DNA from: a phage
Length of the DNA stretch: 64,000 nt
Direction: 5' to 3' (one strand)
Assembly: GCA_017822615.1 (NCBI GenBank)
Contig: GCA_017822615.1_4530.1
The translations under genes and the position numbers were made by a program. Positions 40,579 through 49,930 of the stretch are shown here, piece after piece. The first letter of the stretch is position 1. Each line of letters starts with the position of its first letter. The notes below the pieces were generated by a model, which did no database searches, was not told the DNA's origin, and saw nothing but the letters and a program-made list of their open reading frames with translations.

Positions 40579-41580
40579 TTAAGCCGTAGTCAGTTTAACT
40601 ACCAGTTCTGGACGGGTGTTAACTGCGAGCAGCGAGAATTCAGACTGAAGCTGAATAGTGCGGTGCTGGCTGATCATGAAGGTATACAGTTCACGAGCCT
40701 GGGTGTTAGCCAGTTCTGGAGTATCCGCAGGAGCGTAGTGCGCCTGGAACATACCTTCGATACCCATAGGCAGAACATATGCTTCACCAGCAGGGATGTT
40801 ACCGTGGATATCTTCAATGTAAGTTACACCGTTCCATTCGAACACCTGAACATCCATGTTACCGCTAAGGCGGTCACGCAGAAGGTTAGGAGTTCCCTGG
40901 AAATACTGATACGCCTGGCGAACAAATGGAGAGTTAACCAGAGATGCGAAAAATTCACGAGAACACAGAGCTACGATACGGGTAGCGGTAGAGCCATCTT
41001 GTTTAGTATCGATGATGTAAGCACGAGCTTCTTGTTCGATAGTGGCTGCTGGAGAAACAGTGGTAGAAGCAAAGTCTACAGCAACAGATTTCTGGGTAGC
41101 ACCCCATTCGGTATACCAGTTGTATGCAGAGTTAGCTGCACCACCTACGCCGTTATAGGCACGACCCATAACTGCTTCTGCAAAGATTTTTTCTTTGGTT
41201 TTTGCTACGTCACGCAGAATCTGGGACATATAGCGGTTAACAACTTCAGCGTCTGTGCGCAGAGAGTCGTTGATTCCTGCCATTGCAAAGCTACGGAAAG
41301 ATTGAATATCTTGAGCTTTGATGTTTTTATCCAGAGGGAAGAACGGAATGCGGAACGCTTTCAGTTCTGGATTTTTCATGGTCAGGAAGTTACGCTCACC
41401 ACCACGCTCACGAGCGGAGATCAGAGCATCTTCAGCTTTTTCTTTACCGATTTCAATAGCGGTAGTTGAATGATAGTCAACACTGAACAGATTCAGGCTG
41501 GCAATCAGTGTATCAGGGGAATCCTGAAGTTCGATCATAGGGCTGAAATCTACAACCTGATCTAAAATTACTGCTGGCAT
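40579..41580 (-). CDS. major capsid protein (lambda gpE-like)
   Basis: 333 aa; C-terminal NTQARELYTFM resembles lambda E NTQARGLRTYG; follows decoration and scaffold genes. Confidence 0.8.
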   Translation of the reverse strand: MPAVILDQVVDFSPMIELQDSPDTLIASLNLFSVDYHSTTAIEIGKEKAEDALISARERGGERNFLTMKNPELKAFRIPFFPLDKNIKAQDIQSFRSFAMAGINDSLRTDAEVVNRYMSQILRDVAKTKEKIFAEAVMGRAYNGVGGAANSAYNWYTEWGATQKSVAVDFASTTVSPAATIEQEARAYIIDTKQDGSTATRIVALCSREFFASLVNSPFVRQAYQYFQGTPNLLRDRLSGNMDVQVFEWNGVTYIEDIHGNIPAGEAYVLPMGIEGMFQAHYAPADTPELANTQARELYTFMISQHRTIQLQSEFSLLAVNTRPELVVKLTTA

Positions 41581-41601
41581 TATATTAATCTCCTATTAAA
41601 A

Positions 41602-42000
41602 TTAAGAAGTGAAAACGACTTTTTCGGTCAGTTTCAGATCATGTGTTTCCAGTGCTGCTACGCCAGCGTCATCTACCAGGGAGCCATCTTTGTAGTATAC
41701 TGCAAAGCGGTTCAGAGTAAGATCACGTACGCCAACAACTGCGGTGAAAGTGTCACCTACTGCTACATCGTCAATACCGAACAGAGCATCAGTCCAAATC
41801 AGAACTTTAGCAGCATCGGCAGCTTCAGCTTTAGCAGCTTCAGTGTTGTCAGCTTTCAGGATAGAACCAATTTTCATGGTTGCTGTTTTAACCAGGTTAA
41901 CTTCACGTACACAGTGTCCAAGGTCAGAGCTAAACACTCCACCCAGAACCAGGTGTCCGAATTCCTGGCGAGAGTTAGATAAAGTAATTCCTTTAGCCAT
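41602..42000 (-). CDS. head decoration protein (gpD-like)
   Basis: 132 aa; Ala/Val/Thr-rich; between scaffold and capsid genes. Confidence 0.55.
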   Translation of the reverse strand: MAKGITLSNSRQEFGHLVLGGVFSSDLGHCVREVNLVKTATMKIGSILKADNTEAAKAEAADAAKVLIWTDALFGIDDVAVGDTFTAVVGVRDLTLNRFAVYYKDGSLVDDAGVAALETHDLKLTEKVVFTS

Positions 42001-42019
42001 TTAATTTAATCTCCTAAGA

Positions 42020-43135
42020 TTATTGTTTCTGGGCTTTTTTAAGTTCAGCAGCTTTCTGACTAATCAGTTCAGAAGAAGATTTAGCTACAGGTTGAGTATT
42101 GATCACGTCAACACCACGTTCTGTTCCAAATTCTTTCTTAACTGCGTCCACTTCTGCACGTGCTTTTTCGAATGCTTTGACGATAGTTTCAGCGATATCT
42201 TTATTGTCTACCAGATATTTAACGAGAGCTTCAACTTTGTCTTCTTCTACGAAAGAATAGGATTTAACAACAGTTGTATATTCTTCTTCGATACGAGCTT
42301 GTTCAGCTTTACGAAGTTCTTCTGCTTCCTGTTCTGCCTTAGCGATTTTTTCCTGTGCTTCAAGTTCTGCGGCTGCACGTGCATCTGCGGCTGCTTTTTC
42401 TACAGCTTCAGCGATCTGTGCTTTCATCAGTTCTTGGAATTCAGCAGATTTCAGGAATTCTTCTTTGTTGATATTTTCCAAAGGGGTTTCTCCTTTATTG
42501 ATTCCAGTTGTGTTTGCAGATTTATCACCTGCGGGGTTAGCCTCTGCATCCACAGAGTTTGTATTAGCTTTAGCGTGAGCTTTCACTAAATAATCTTTAA
42601 CTTGACTTTGTTTCAAGGAACTCTTAACGAGATTACTCAAAGCATCGTCTAAAACGTCCTCAAAGAAATCAATGGAGATCATTACATCACCATCAACAAC
42701 TTGATAATCAGTAACACGAACAACAGGTTTAGCAACCTCTTCAACTTCAACATTCAGTCCGTCAACTTTAAAGCCAACAGAGAACATACCGTTATCTGAA
42801 CAGAAAATTGCAACGTTCGCATCGAAGTCAGCATCAATAACGTAAACCCAATCCCAACCAGCTTCAAATTTTTCACGCACTTTTTCAGAAATGCGATCCA
42901 TCACTTGTTGAATATAGCTTTTACGTAACTCTGTAACATCTTCTCCCATTTTAGTGAGAGCTTCTAACTTTTCAAAAGTTATGTCTGGAGATCCGTCTGA
43001 CTTAAATAAAAGGGGGGTATTATAACCAGATGCCGCTCCACCTTGAAAATCAAAAGTGTAAGCAATATGAGCACCTAGTGACTCTTCCGTAGCTTTTCCA
43101 GAAAAGTCTACGTTAGTTAAATATGTATTTGCCAC
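42020..43135 (-). CDS. scaffolding protein
   Basis: 371 aa; long Ala/Glu/Lys coiled-coil C-terminal half. Confidence 0.6.
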   Translation of the reverse strand: MANTYLTNVDFSGKATEESLGAHIAYTFDFQGGAASGYNTPLLFKSDGSPDITFEKLEALTKMGEDVTELRKSYIQQVMDRISEKVREKFEAGWDWVYVIDADFDANVAIFCSDNGMFSVGFKVDGLNVEVEEVAKPVVRVTDYQVVDGDVMISIDFFEDVLDDALSNLVKSSLKQSQVKDYLVKAHAKANTNSVDAEANPAGDKSANTTGINKGETPLENINKEEFLKSAEFQELMKAQIAEAVEKAAADARAAAELEAQEKIAKAEQEAEELRKAEQARIEEEYTTVVKSYSFVEEDKVEALVKYLVDNKDIAETIVKAFEKARAEVDAVKKEFGTERGVDVINTQPVAKSSSELISQKAAELKKAQKQ

Positions 43136-43137
43136 GA

Positions 43138-43617
43138 TTAGTCCTTCTTGACTTTAACGCCCATTGCGCCTATACTCAAACCTTTAAGAACGCCGTCTTT
43201 ACGAGCTTGATATAATTCAGGGTCGTTGAATTGGATTTTAACGAGGGGAGTTCCTTCCACAACGAGTTCGTCACCAATGTAACAATCGACTTCATTTACC
43301 CAAGCTTTAATTGGAGAAAACTTATCGGTGTTCTTCATGTGACCAAGATTACCACTAATGTTGGTAATATTCTCATTGAAGTTGTCAACCATCTTCCTGA
43401 TTTCCAAATCAGACATGCGCTCTCCGTGGAGATCGTCTTCTTCAGGTGGACAATACAAGACCTCAATAACCTGCATCTTTTCTTCATCAAATTTATTTTG
43501 TTTGACTAGAGTTTCAGGTTTTTGAGATGGTATAGAATCTTGTTGGGATTCAGAATTCTCTTTAAAACCAGCGAAGGTTTTGAAGAGTTCCCACAGTGTA
43601 TCTTTATTGAGTTCCAT
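43138..43617 (-). CDS. head morphogenesis protein (possible prohead protease)
   Basis: 159 aa between portal and scaffold. Confidence 0.4.
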   Translation of the reverse strand: MELNKDTLWELFKTFAGFKENSESQQDSIPSQKPETLVKQNKFDEEKMQVIEVLYCPPEEDDLHGERMSDLEIRKMVDNFNENITNISGNLGHMKNTDKFSPIKAWVNEVDCYIGDELVVEGTPLVKIQFNDPELYQARKDGVLKGLSIGAMGVKVKKD

Positions 43618-43647
43618 TTGAAACCTCTTAAAAACAGATATCCCATA

Positions 43648-43682
43648 AATCTTAGTCTACAGGATATTTGTTGTTTTGTCAA
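43648..43682 (-). promoter_or_regulatory. minus-strand promoter with ctaTTGACAA -35 motif
   Basis: ttgtcaatag at 43674-43683 on the plus strand; upstream of the 43617 start. Confidence 0.45.
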
Positions 43683-43710
43683 TAGAAAAATTAAAAAATA
43701 TTAAATATTT

Positions 43711-45276
43711 TTAATTCGACAGGTTTTGTGCTGAAGGATCTAAAGCAGAAACAGTATCAGACGTTCCAGTTCCCGCTGTAGCTAAACCATCTCCTGATCG
43801 TGAAGTTTTGTCAGGCATATAGTTATCCATGAATTCAAAGAATTTCTCTTTATTGGCAACAATATCGTCAGGGATACGATATTCAAAACCAATTTTTTCA
43901 AGGAACTCGTTAATAACTTCTGGGGTTAAAGGTATTGCACCAGAGGCTACCAACTGCTGAATAGCTTTAGCATTTACTTCAATATCAGGATCACCCATTT
44001 CACCACTGACAAACTTAGGCATATCTTCATCAGAAAGGAAGATATTGTTTAGTCGTAGTGTTTGAGGGATCAGTTGAGAGTTTATAGCTTCTACAACAAT
44101 ATCTACATCCCGCTCAATAAAATGAGACAATAGTGTTTGTTTGTTGTCAGAAAGCGCAAAACTTCCTGCATCACCATCACCCATAATCAACACACCCGCA
44201 CCAAAGCGGTTATAAATATCTAGCTTGCGTTGTTTGATTAGTGCTTGAGTGTCAAACTGTTTACCCGTGCCATCAACACCTTGGAATACAAGGTCGTATT
44301 GACGCATCACTGTGCCTTCATAAACGTCTGAAGGCAATACCATGTAGGCTTGCTCACCAGAGTGCAGGTTAGCGATGTTGGCTTGGAGAACTCGAAGAGA
44401 TTGTGCTTCATCCCCAGCAGGATCTAAAGATGCCCTGTTTAGAATGTCACTTGGAACCTTAAGAACTGGCATACCGCCTAAATCTTTAGATACCCCAATA
44501 ACCTCAAATTCCTGAATAAGAGATTTTTCACGCCAGCTACGATATACAGCTAAAAGCGGACTAACTCCTAGTGGGTTATTCTCTGTAATGTTACTACCAA
44601 CAAATAAAACTTTACTGAAAGGAATTTCTTTAATACCAGTTTCTAAAGTTGTATTACCTGGAGCTAACATCGTATTGGTGATATTCTGGTTAACAGATAG
44701 AATAGAACGTCCGTCTGCCGAATATGTAAAAGGTTGAGCCATGTGAAGAGTGTCTTGTGGTCTAAAAGCCAGTTTGGTCAATCGCCAATACCCAAAGTAA
44801 GGACTCTTAGGATCTTCATCCAACTCATAAACTTTTTCTGCGAATGCAAACCCGTATTGCTTATATGTCAAAAGTGATCTAACATATTGACGTAGAGGGG
44901 CTTGCATATTGCGTAACATGTAATCAATAAACTTAGCAGCTTTTCTTGACTTTGCCGAGTTTACATTGTATTTTATCTTGAAATCAAAGAATGCTCTATC
45001 TACAAAGATATATGTAGCGTCAAGAGCAGTAGCTACATCAGGGTCTTCACCCATCTCTTTAAAAGTGCGAATACATTCTGGGAAACGAGTCTCATAAGGT
45101 TGCATGAAATTCGTAAATGCTTTGATTGAGTTTAATCCGATCGTTCCTATTTCAGGTGACAGGAGTAACGTTTTCTCTTTCTCTGCCTCTTTTGTTGGAG
45201 AGAGAGCAGCTTTATTTGCAGCACCTTTGTCCCAGTATTCTGACTTTTTAGTGTACGTTCTTTTTCCTGTTGACAC
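43711..45276 (-). CDS. portal protein
   Basis: 521 aa; downstream of large terminase. Confidence 0.75.
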   Translation of the reverse strand: MSTGKRTYTKKSEYWDKGAANKAALSPTKEAEKEKTLLLSPEIGTIGLNSIKAFTNFMQPYETRFPECIRTFKEMGEDPDVATALDATYIFVDRAFFDFKIKYNVNSAKSRKAAKFIDYMLRNMQAPLRQYVRSLLTYKQYGFAFAEKVYELDEDPKSPYFGYWRLTKLAFRPQDTLHMAQPFTYSADGRSILSVNQNITNTMLAPGNTTLETGIKEIPFSKVLFVGSNITENNPLGVSPLLAVYRSWREKSLIQEFEVIGVSKDLGGMPVLKVPSDILNRASLDPAGDEAQSLRVLQANIANLHSGEQAYMVLPSDVYEGTVMRQYDLVFQGVDGTGKQFDTQALIKQRKLDIYNRFGAGVLIMGDGDAGSFALSDNKQTLLSHFIERDVDIVVEAINSQLIPQTLRLNNIFLSDEDMPKFVSGEMGDPDIEVNAKAIQQLVASGAIPLTPEVINEFLEKIGFEYRIPDDIVANKEKFFEFMDNYMPDKTSRSGDGLATAGTGTSDTVSALDPSAQNLSN

Positions 45277-45345
45277 TTGTTCCTCCAGTCAGGTATAAAA
45301 TCGTTAAGGCAAGGCTGTATTATATACAACCTCACCTATCTAGTT

Positions 45346-45374
45346 ATAATACACTTTAAAGTGACTTTTGTCAA
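45346..45374 (-). promoter_or_regulatory. minus-strand sigma70-like promoter TTGACA-N17-TATTAT
   Basis: Consensus hexamers (plus strand tgtcaa 45369-45374, ataata 45346-45351) between terminase stop and portal start. Confidence 0.5.
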
Positions 45375-45377
45375 CAA

Positions 45378-47453
45378 TTATCTTTTACGGACACTATACG
45401 GTTGGTGAAATCCGCTGTTCATTCTACTGTATCCTGTAGGAGCATTTGTTGTTGCAGGGATAGCTACTGCTTTGAAAGTATTCTCTTTTGACAGAGTATT
45501 GAAACAAGAAGCAGCAGCATCGGGAATGTCATCTTTAATAGTGGCTGTAGATCTTTCACCATTGAAAGATTCCAATTCTTTATAAAAGTGGGTTAAAGTT
45601 TCCACATTAGGGAAAGAATCTTCAACAATATAAACAAAACCGTTTTGACACGCACTACTAAAAGGCATAAAACGCTGAAGCTTTTTCTTGTTGCCTGGCA
45701 TAGCATCTGGTTTAACAACAAAACCCTCTAGAATAAGTTTCTTTGCAGACTCTGTATATTCTATTGTCCCAGCACCAGATGGGTCTTTAGGAAGAACTAC
45801 TGTAACTTCTGGTCCATCAATCTTACATTGATTTAGAATCAGGTTATCCCTTTCCCCAGGTAATCTTCGAAACCTTCCGAAAATTTTACTTTTCTCATCC
45901 ACAGCATCATAATCATAGTCACCAAAGATGTAGATATTACCATCTTGGTCTTTACCCATTTTGACAGATGTTGTATAGTCTGGATAACGATAAGTTTCTG
46001 TAGGAATTGAAACAGCTTTATCCCATGCTCGCATTAGTTTAAGATTATTAGGAACATCTTTATAAGATATCTTATGCAACCATTCACGTTGGAAGAAAGA
46101 CTCTTTCTGTATACGTGCAAACCAACAGCCGTCCAAGAGTTGTGCTCTTTTGATTGCTGTTTGTGATTTAAGCTGTGCTAAATAATTAGGGTTAAGCCTA
46201 ATCAATTCTGGGTTATCAAATATTGTCCCACCGATAAATACGAAAGTTTGTGGTTCAATAACAACTGTCTCCCCTGTATTAGGGTTTTCCATGAAACAGT
46301 TTTCTGGATATTTTTCTTTCAGTTCTTCAGGTGTGTCAGCAAAAACAGGTTCATCGTTAACAATGATGAAATATTTTTGTTTACCACACATATCTTCTCT
46401 AGGATAACCACCCTCATCAAGATAAGGTAACACCCAATTCAAAACCCAACTATCTGCATCGGGGTTACATGTGCACAACATGAAGCTTGTTTCTGATTCT
46501 GAACGCATACGTCCCAGAAGATAGAGCATTTCATATTGCGTGAAGTGGGTTAACTCGTCAAAACCTACCATTGAATACTGTGTACCCTGATGGTTTGTTT
46601 CTGCTGTTACGTTGTCATTTTCCAAATGGTCGAATTTGAGGGTTCCACCACCAGTGGCTTCAAAAATGATATCCATTGTACTTTCTTTTACGTGCGGTTG
46701 TAAAGGAAGATACAAACGTTTTGCTTCTGTAAACAGACCACCTGGTTTACGGTGAGCAGTGGTGTTCTTACGGAAAAGTATTCCACCAAACAAAGGGTCT
46801 TTGTAGGCGTATTTTAAAGCTTTCAGCAATAGCAGACGAGACTTGCCGCTATTCCCAGTAACGAAGCAGTGATCGCCACGTCTAAAGACAATATAGCTGC
46901 TTGGAGTCTCAAAACAATATTTCTTATCATCTGTTGAAATAACCTCGTGTATTTTTAAGTAAGTGCTCTTTTTACCAGGTATGTTAAAAGGAACACGTTT
47001 ACCGAATGGATTTTCTACATAACCTTGCAGGGGTTTTCCTATTTGCTGTAATGCAATAAGATCTCCTACAAGAATCTCGAAATGTTTCTTTGATTTCTTT
47101 TTCTTATAGAATACAAAACGGTGTTCCATACTAAGTTCTTGGAACAATCCTACACCATTTGTTATTCTGTATAGGTTATCTCCATTTAAATCATATTCTA
47201 CAAAATAAGGTGTTACCAATTCTAAACGCTTATTCTTAGGATTGTATTGGTAAATATCCTCTCCCGAATATTCACTAATCTGTCTCCAACCATCTTTTGT
47301 AAGATATTCTGTTTCAGCAGAAACACATCCAGCGGCACCACCATAAATCATAACTTCTGGCATTAAATCCATTGCAAGAGTCTGTTTACCTGGTTGAGCC
47401 TTTACTTCAATATCTACTCCAGCTAAACTACCTGCTGCCTTTTTCTTTGCCAC
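45378..47453 (-). CDS. terminase large subunit, interrupted by a mini-intein
   Basis: 691 aa; Walker A split as MIYGGAAG / SGKS around a 159-aa insert; nuclease-type C-terminal half. Confidence 0.8.
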   Translation of the reverse strand: MAKKKAAGSLAGVDIEVKAQPGKQTLAMDLMPEVMIYGGAAGCVSAETEYLTKDGWRQISEYSGEDIYQYNPKNKRLELVTPYFVEYDLNGDNLYRITNGVGLFQELSMEHRFVFYKKKKSKKHFEILVGDLIALQQIGKPLQGYVENPFGKRVPFNIPGKKSTYLKIHEVISTDDKKYCFETPSSYIVFRRGDHCFVTGNSGKSRLLLLKALKYAYKDPLFGGILFRKNTTAHRKPGGLFTEAKRLYLPLQPHVKESTMDIIFEATGGGTLKFDHLENDNVTAETNHQGTQYSMVGFDELTHFTQYEMLYLLGRMRSESETSFMLCTCNPDADSWVLNWVLPYLDEGGYPREDMCGKQKYFIIVNDEPVFADTPEELKEKYPENCFMENPNTGETVVIEPQTFVFIGGTIFDNPELIRLNPNYLAQLKSQTAIKRAQLLDGCWFARIQKESFFQREWLHKISYKDVPNNLKLMRAWDKAVSIPTETYRYPDYTTSVKMGKDQDGNIYIFGDYDYDAVDEKSKIFGRFRRLPGERDNLILNQCKIDGPEVTVVLPKDPSGAGTIEYTESAKKLILEGFVVKPDAMPGNKKKLQRFMPFSSACQNGFVYIVEDSFPNVETLTHFYKELESFNGERSTATIKDDIPDAAASCFNTLSKENTFKAVAIPATTNAPTGYSRMNSGFHQPYSVRKR
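46851..47327 (-). other. mini-intein (159 aa) inside the terminase P-loop
   Basis: Starts CVSAETEYLTKDGW (block A), has ELSMEHRF (block B-like), ends DHCFVTGN followed by Ser; excision would give YGGAAGSGKS. Confidence 0.7.
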
Positions 47454-47462
47454 ATTCCCTCC

Positions 47463-47807
47463 TTATTCAGCAATAATACCTTTTTCTTGCAGTGTTTTAA
47501 TATATGTTTGTAAACCTAGAACCTTTCGTCTATCTTGCTCCCAAAGAGCATTGTTTTGAGTTTGGTTGTTAACAACTTCAGATCTACTAACCCCTTTTGC
47601 AATTTGATTTTTAGTGTATGGCACAGGTGTCGATACTTTATCCATCAAGTCCGAATCTGGACCTTTAACCTTTTCTATGGCTACAGCCTTACACTCATCA
47701 ATAAGAACTGGGGAAACTTTTGTTGATGATGAACAACCCGTCATCATTAGGGGCAAAGCAAGACATACTGCCAGAATTAGTTTTTGCATAATTCGTTGTA
47801 TCCTCAT
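47463..47807 (-). CDS. outer-membrane lipoprotein, putative o-spanin
   Basis: 114 aa; signal peptide with lipobox-like LMMTGC; starts 110 nt inside the upstream TM/coiled-coil gene in another frame. Confidence 0.5.
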   Translation of the reverse strand: MRIQRIMQKLILAVCLALPLMMTGCSSSTKVSPVLIDECKAVAIEKVKGPDSDLMDKVSTPVPYTKNQIAKGVSRSEVVNNQTQNNALWEQDRRKVLGLQTYIKTLQEKGIIAE

Positions 47808-48090
47808 TGATCGTTTGTTTCTTCTTCTCTAAATCTGCTTTTAATTGTGCATTGTTTTTAGACAAGTTGTTTATTTGAGTATTTAATAATGCTCTTTCTT
47901 CATCTGCTCTTTTTTGAAGAACATCAAAATCTTGTTTTGCTTTTGCTTGGGCTGCTTGATATACTTGCGTTTGATAGGCAACACCATCTTTGTAGCCAGA
48001 CTCACGTATCTTGTTATAAGCAAACATTCCGGCAAGAATAAGAACAACAATTAAAACAAAACTTAATACAGTTTTAGTCTTTAGATTCAT
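47698..48090 (-). CDS. putative i-spanin (Rz-like)
   Basis: 130 aa; N-terminal TM helix (VLSFVLIVVLILAGMFAY) then coiled-coil domain; overlaps the lipoprotein gene. Confidence 0.5.
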   Translation of the reverse strand: MNLKTKTVLSFVLIVVLILAGMFAYNKIRESGYKDGVAYQTQVYQAAQAKAKQDFDVLQKRADEERALLNTQINNLSKNNAQLKADLEKKKQTINEDTTNYAKTNSGSMSCFAPNDDGLFIINKSFPSSY

Positions 48091-48140
48091 TATCTTCTAC
48101 TTCCTCATAAAATTTTATTTTAGGAAGAGAAGGGGCGTTG

Positions 48141-48311
48141 TTAACTATCTTCTTCACTTCCATTGGTTGAGCCTCCGCTAGGATCTCTTCCCAAGTCTTC
48201 TCTGTCATCATAAAGTTCTTCCTCCAAGTTCCAAACCCGTGTGTAATCATTCTTTTTATCTTTATGATAAGAAGAACGGTTAAAATCATTTTTAACTACA
48301 AAATTGCGCAT
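48141..48311 (-). CDS. small acidic protein (56 aa), not in ORF track
   Basis: Strong RBS GAGGAGG 7 nt before ATG at 48311; competes with the RBS-less 71-aa track ORF 48074..48289. Confidence 0.35.
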   Translation of the reverse strand: MRNFVVKNDFNRSSYHKDKKNDYTRVWNLEEELYDDREDLGRDPSGGSTNGSEEDS

Positions 48312-48450
48312 ATTTTATCCTCCTCATATCTGATCTTATCACAAAATGATATACAATTGCAAGCATTAAAAATAAAAAAGCCCCTAACCTTTCGGAGAGG
48401 GGTGTTAAAAATAACAAGGAGGAGGGCAAAGCCCCAAGAGAGGAGAGGGA

Positions 48451-48747
48451 TTAGATTACGATCTTTTTAGGAACGTCATCTGTATTCTGCACGGCAGGGG
48501 TTTCTTCTTCCATAGCTTCATAATGTTCTTCTAACCATTCTTCTACTTGCTCTTTAATAGCTTTAGCTGCTTGGAAGCGGAGAGGTTTTGCTGCATCCTT
48601 ATCATTAACAAGTTCAACAATATACCGCATAGCTTCTAAATAATGCTCTGCAAATAATTCTTTTACACTTGCTTGCGCCGCATCCATTGCGTAAATCTGT
48701 TGCATTTCGGCTGTTGGTCTTCCACGACCACGTTTTAGTTTAGGCAT
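48451..48747 (-). CDS. DNA-binding protein, possible terminase small subunit
   Basis: 98 aa; N-terminal KRGRGRP basic motif; RBS AGGAGG; own promoter. Confidence 0.4.
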   Translation of the reverse strand: MPKLKRGRGRPTAEMQQIYAMDAAQASVKELFAEHYLEAMRYIVELVNDKDAAKPLRFQAAKAIKEQVEEWLEEHYEAMEEETPAVQNTDDVPKKIVI

Positions 48748-48768
48748 AATAAAATCCTCCTAAACTTT

Positions 48769-48797
48769 ATCTTAACATATAAAAAATAATAAGTCAA
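48769..48797 (-). promoter_or_regulatory. minus-strand promoter TTGACT-N17-TAAGAT
   Basis: Upstream of the 48747 start. Confidence 0.4.
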
Positions 48798-48811
48798 GTT
48801 TTATTCAATAG

Positions 48812-48839
48812 ATAGCAAAAAGCCTCCAATAAGGAGGCT
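48812..48839 (-). terminator. rho-independent terminator ending the tRNA transcription unit
   Basis: agcctcc-aataa-ggaggct hairpin with T-run on the minus strand. Confidence 0.55.
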
Positions 48840-48952
48840 AATAAATACTGTTAATTTGAAATGCTTTATTATAATTGTGCGTTAAGGAGTCGCACCCCTC
48901 CCTCTTAGAAGGAACCAGGCAAGGTCTTCAAAGATACCGCTGGCGCGATATT

Positions 48953-49031
48953 TGGAGGCGGGAATCGGATTCGAACCGATGATCTCCAGCATATGAAACT
49001 GGCGAGGACGACCAGACTCCTCTATCCCGCT
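48953..49031 (-). tRNA. tRNA-Met(CAT): tRNA, anticodon CAT (Met or lysidine-Ile), CCA encoded
   Basis: Manual cloverleaf: T-arm atcgg/attcgaa/ccgat, anticodon loop TTCATAT, 6/7 acceptor pairs. Confidence 0.6.
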
Positions 49032-49037
49032 ATTATG

Positions 49038-49107
49038 TATCCCGTGCTGGATTCGAACCAGCATCACAATAAGCTGTGGAACTCTTATCCTGTAAGTCTA
49101 ACGGGAA
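49038..49107 (-). tRNA. tRNA-like gene, anticodon unresolved
   Basis: Canonical T-arm gctgg/attcgaa/ccagc and 6/7 acceptor stem, but no regular anticodon arm could be folded. Confidence 0.35.
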
Positions 49108-49112
49108 ACTGG

Positions 49113-49183
49113 TTGTTTCGACAAGAATCGAACTTGTATCTCACGATTATCAGTCGTGGGTTCTACCATTGAACTACGAAACA
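49113..49183 (-). tRNA. tRNA-Ile(GAT): tRNA-Ile (GAT)
   Basis: Perfect 7-bp acceptor stem, D-stem GTTC/GAAC, anticodon loop CTGATAA, T-loop TTCGATT. Confidence 0.75.
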
Positions 49184-49192
49184 TTTAATTGG

Positions 49193-49266
49193 TCGGAATT
49201 GCAGGATTCGAACCTGCGACAATACGCTCCCAAAGCGTACACTCTACCAAACTGAGCTAAATTCCG
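49193..49266 (-). tRNA. tRNA-Pro(TGG): tRNA-Pro (TGG)
   Basis: Perfect acceptor stem, anticodon stem TACGC/GCGTA, loop TTTGGGA. Confidence 0.75.
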
Positions 49267-49363
49267 TCATAACATTCTAAAGGTACACCGCAAAAGAAAG
49301 TGTTCGGCGGCTCCTCGTTTTTTAACTTCACACTTGAGGTAGTGACTCACCTTTGTTGTATGG

Positions 49364-49436
49364 CTGGTCTGTCTGGATTTGAACCAAACCTACGACAGTC
49401 AAAGTGTCGTGTGCTACCTGACTACACTACAAACCA
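49364..49436 (-). tRNA. tRNA-Gln(TTG): tRNA-Gln (TTG)
   Basis: Anticodon stem CGACA/TGTCG, loop CTTTGAC, T-loop TTCAAAT. Confidence 0.7.
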
Positions 49437-49534
49437 ATAAATCATTTAATGAAGGGCAACCAGAAGAAGTGTGAGAGAAGGAGAAAACCATGAGTAAAAG
49501 AGAAAGTTTTCTGGCAACCCTTTATTAAATAATT

Positions 49535-49611
49535 TGGAGCGTTATATCGGATTCGAACCGATGCCACCGACTTGGAAGGACGGGATGCTGAACCGCTAAC
49601 ACTAATAACGC
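49535..49611 (-). tRNA. tRNA-Gly(TCC): tRNA-Gly (TCC), CCA encoded
   Basis: Perfect acceptor stem, anticodon loop CTTCCAA with one U-U mismatch in the stem. Confidence 0.65.
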
Positions 49612-49619
49612 TTTGTATA

Positions 49620-49654
49620 TATTTACTATACTACATTTTACTATTGGTTGTCAA
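49620..49654 (-). promoter_or_regulatory. tRNA promoter P1 (ctaTTGACAA, TG-extended -10)
   Basis: ttgtcaatag on plus strand at 49647-49656; TATAGT-like -10; reads into tRNA-Gly. Confidence 0.5.
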
Positions 49655-49930
49655 TAGTTTTATTGAGTGGGACAGTGACGAGTATCCCATTGGGTGACTA
49701 GCCCTACGTTCGGTAAGCTAACTTAAAATAATACAAAACAAAAGTCAAATATTATTCTTCGTTGCTGTCGATGGGAGAGCCGCTTCTTCTTTTGCCCCAT
49801 CCAACCCTACTCCGGTCAAGTTTCAGGTGACTCTTTTTGTGATCAACACAATACTAAGAACACTGTCTTTCGAGCAGACCTTGTGCACAGGATACGACGA
49901 TCAATCACAGTGCTCTTAATGTTGTGTTGG

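Noticed and set aside
40663-41469. 268-aa plus-strand track ORF inside the major capsid gene
   Set aside because: Antisense to a well-supported capsid gene in a uniformly minus-strand module, with no RBS. The same reasoning applies to 41641..41982, 41744..42004, 42023..42589 and the other plus-strand ORFs embedded in late genes.
42020-43135. Prohead protease assignment for the 371-aa head protein
   Set aside because: The sequence is dominated by an Ala/Glu/Lys coiled coil and I found no serine-protease motif, so it is called scaffold.
48074-48289. 71-aa minus-strand track ORF upstream of the i-spanin
   Set aside because: No Shine-Dalgarno sequence. The alternative-frame 56-aa ORF 48141..48311 has GAGGAGG at ideal spacing and is listed instead, though neither is certain.
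48882-49067. 61-aa minus-strand track ORF overlapping the first tRNA genes
   Set aside because: It lies entirely across tRNA genes 1 and 2 and has no RBS, so it is a chance open frame.
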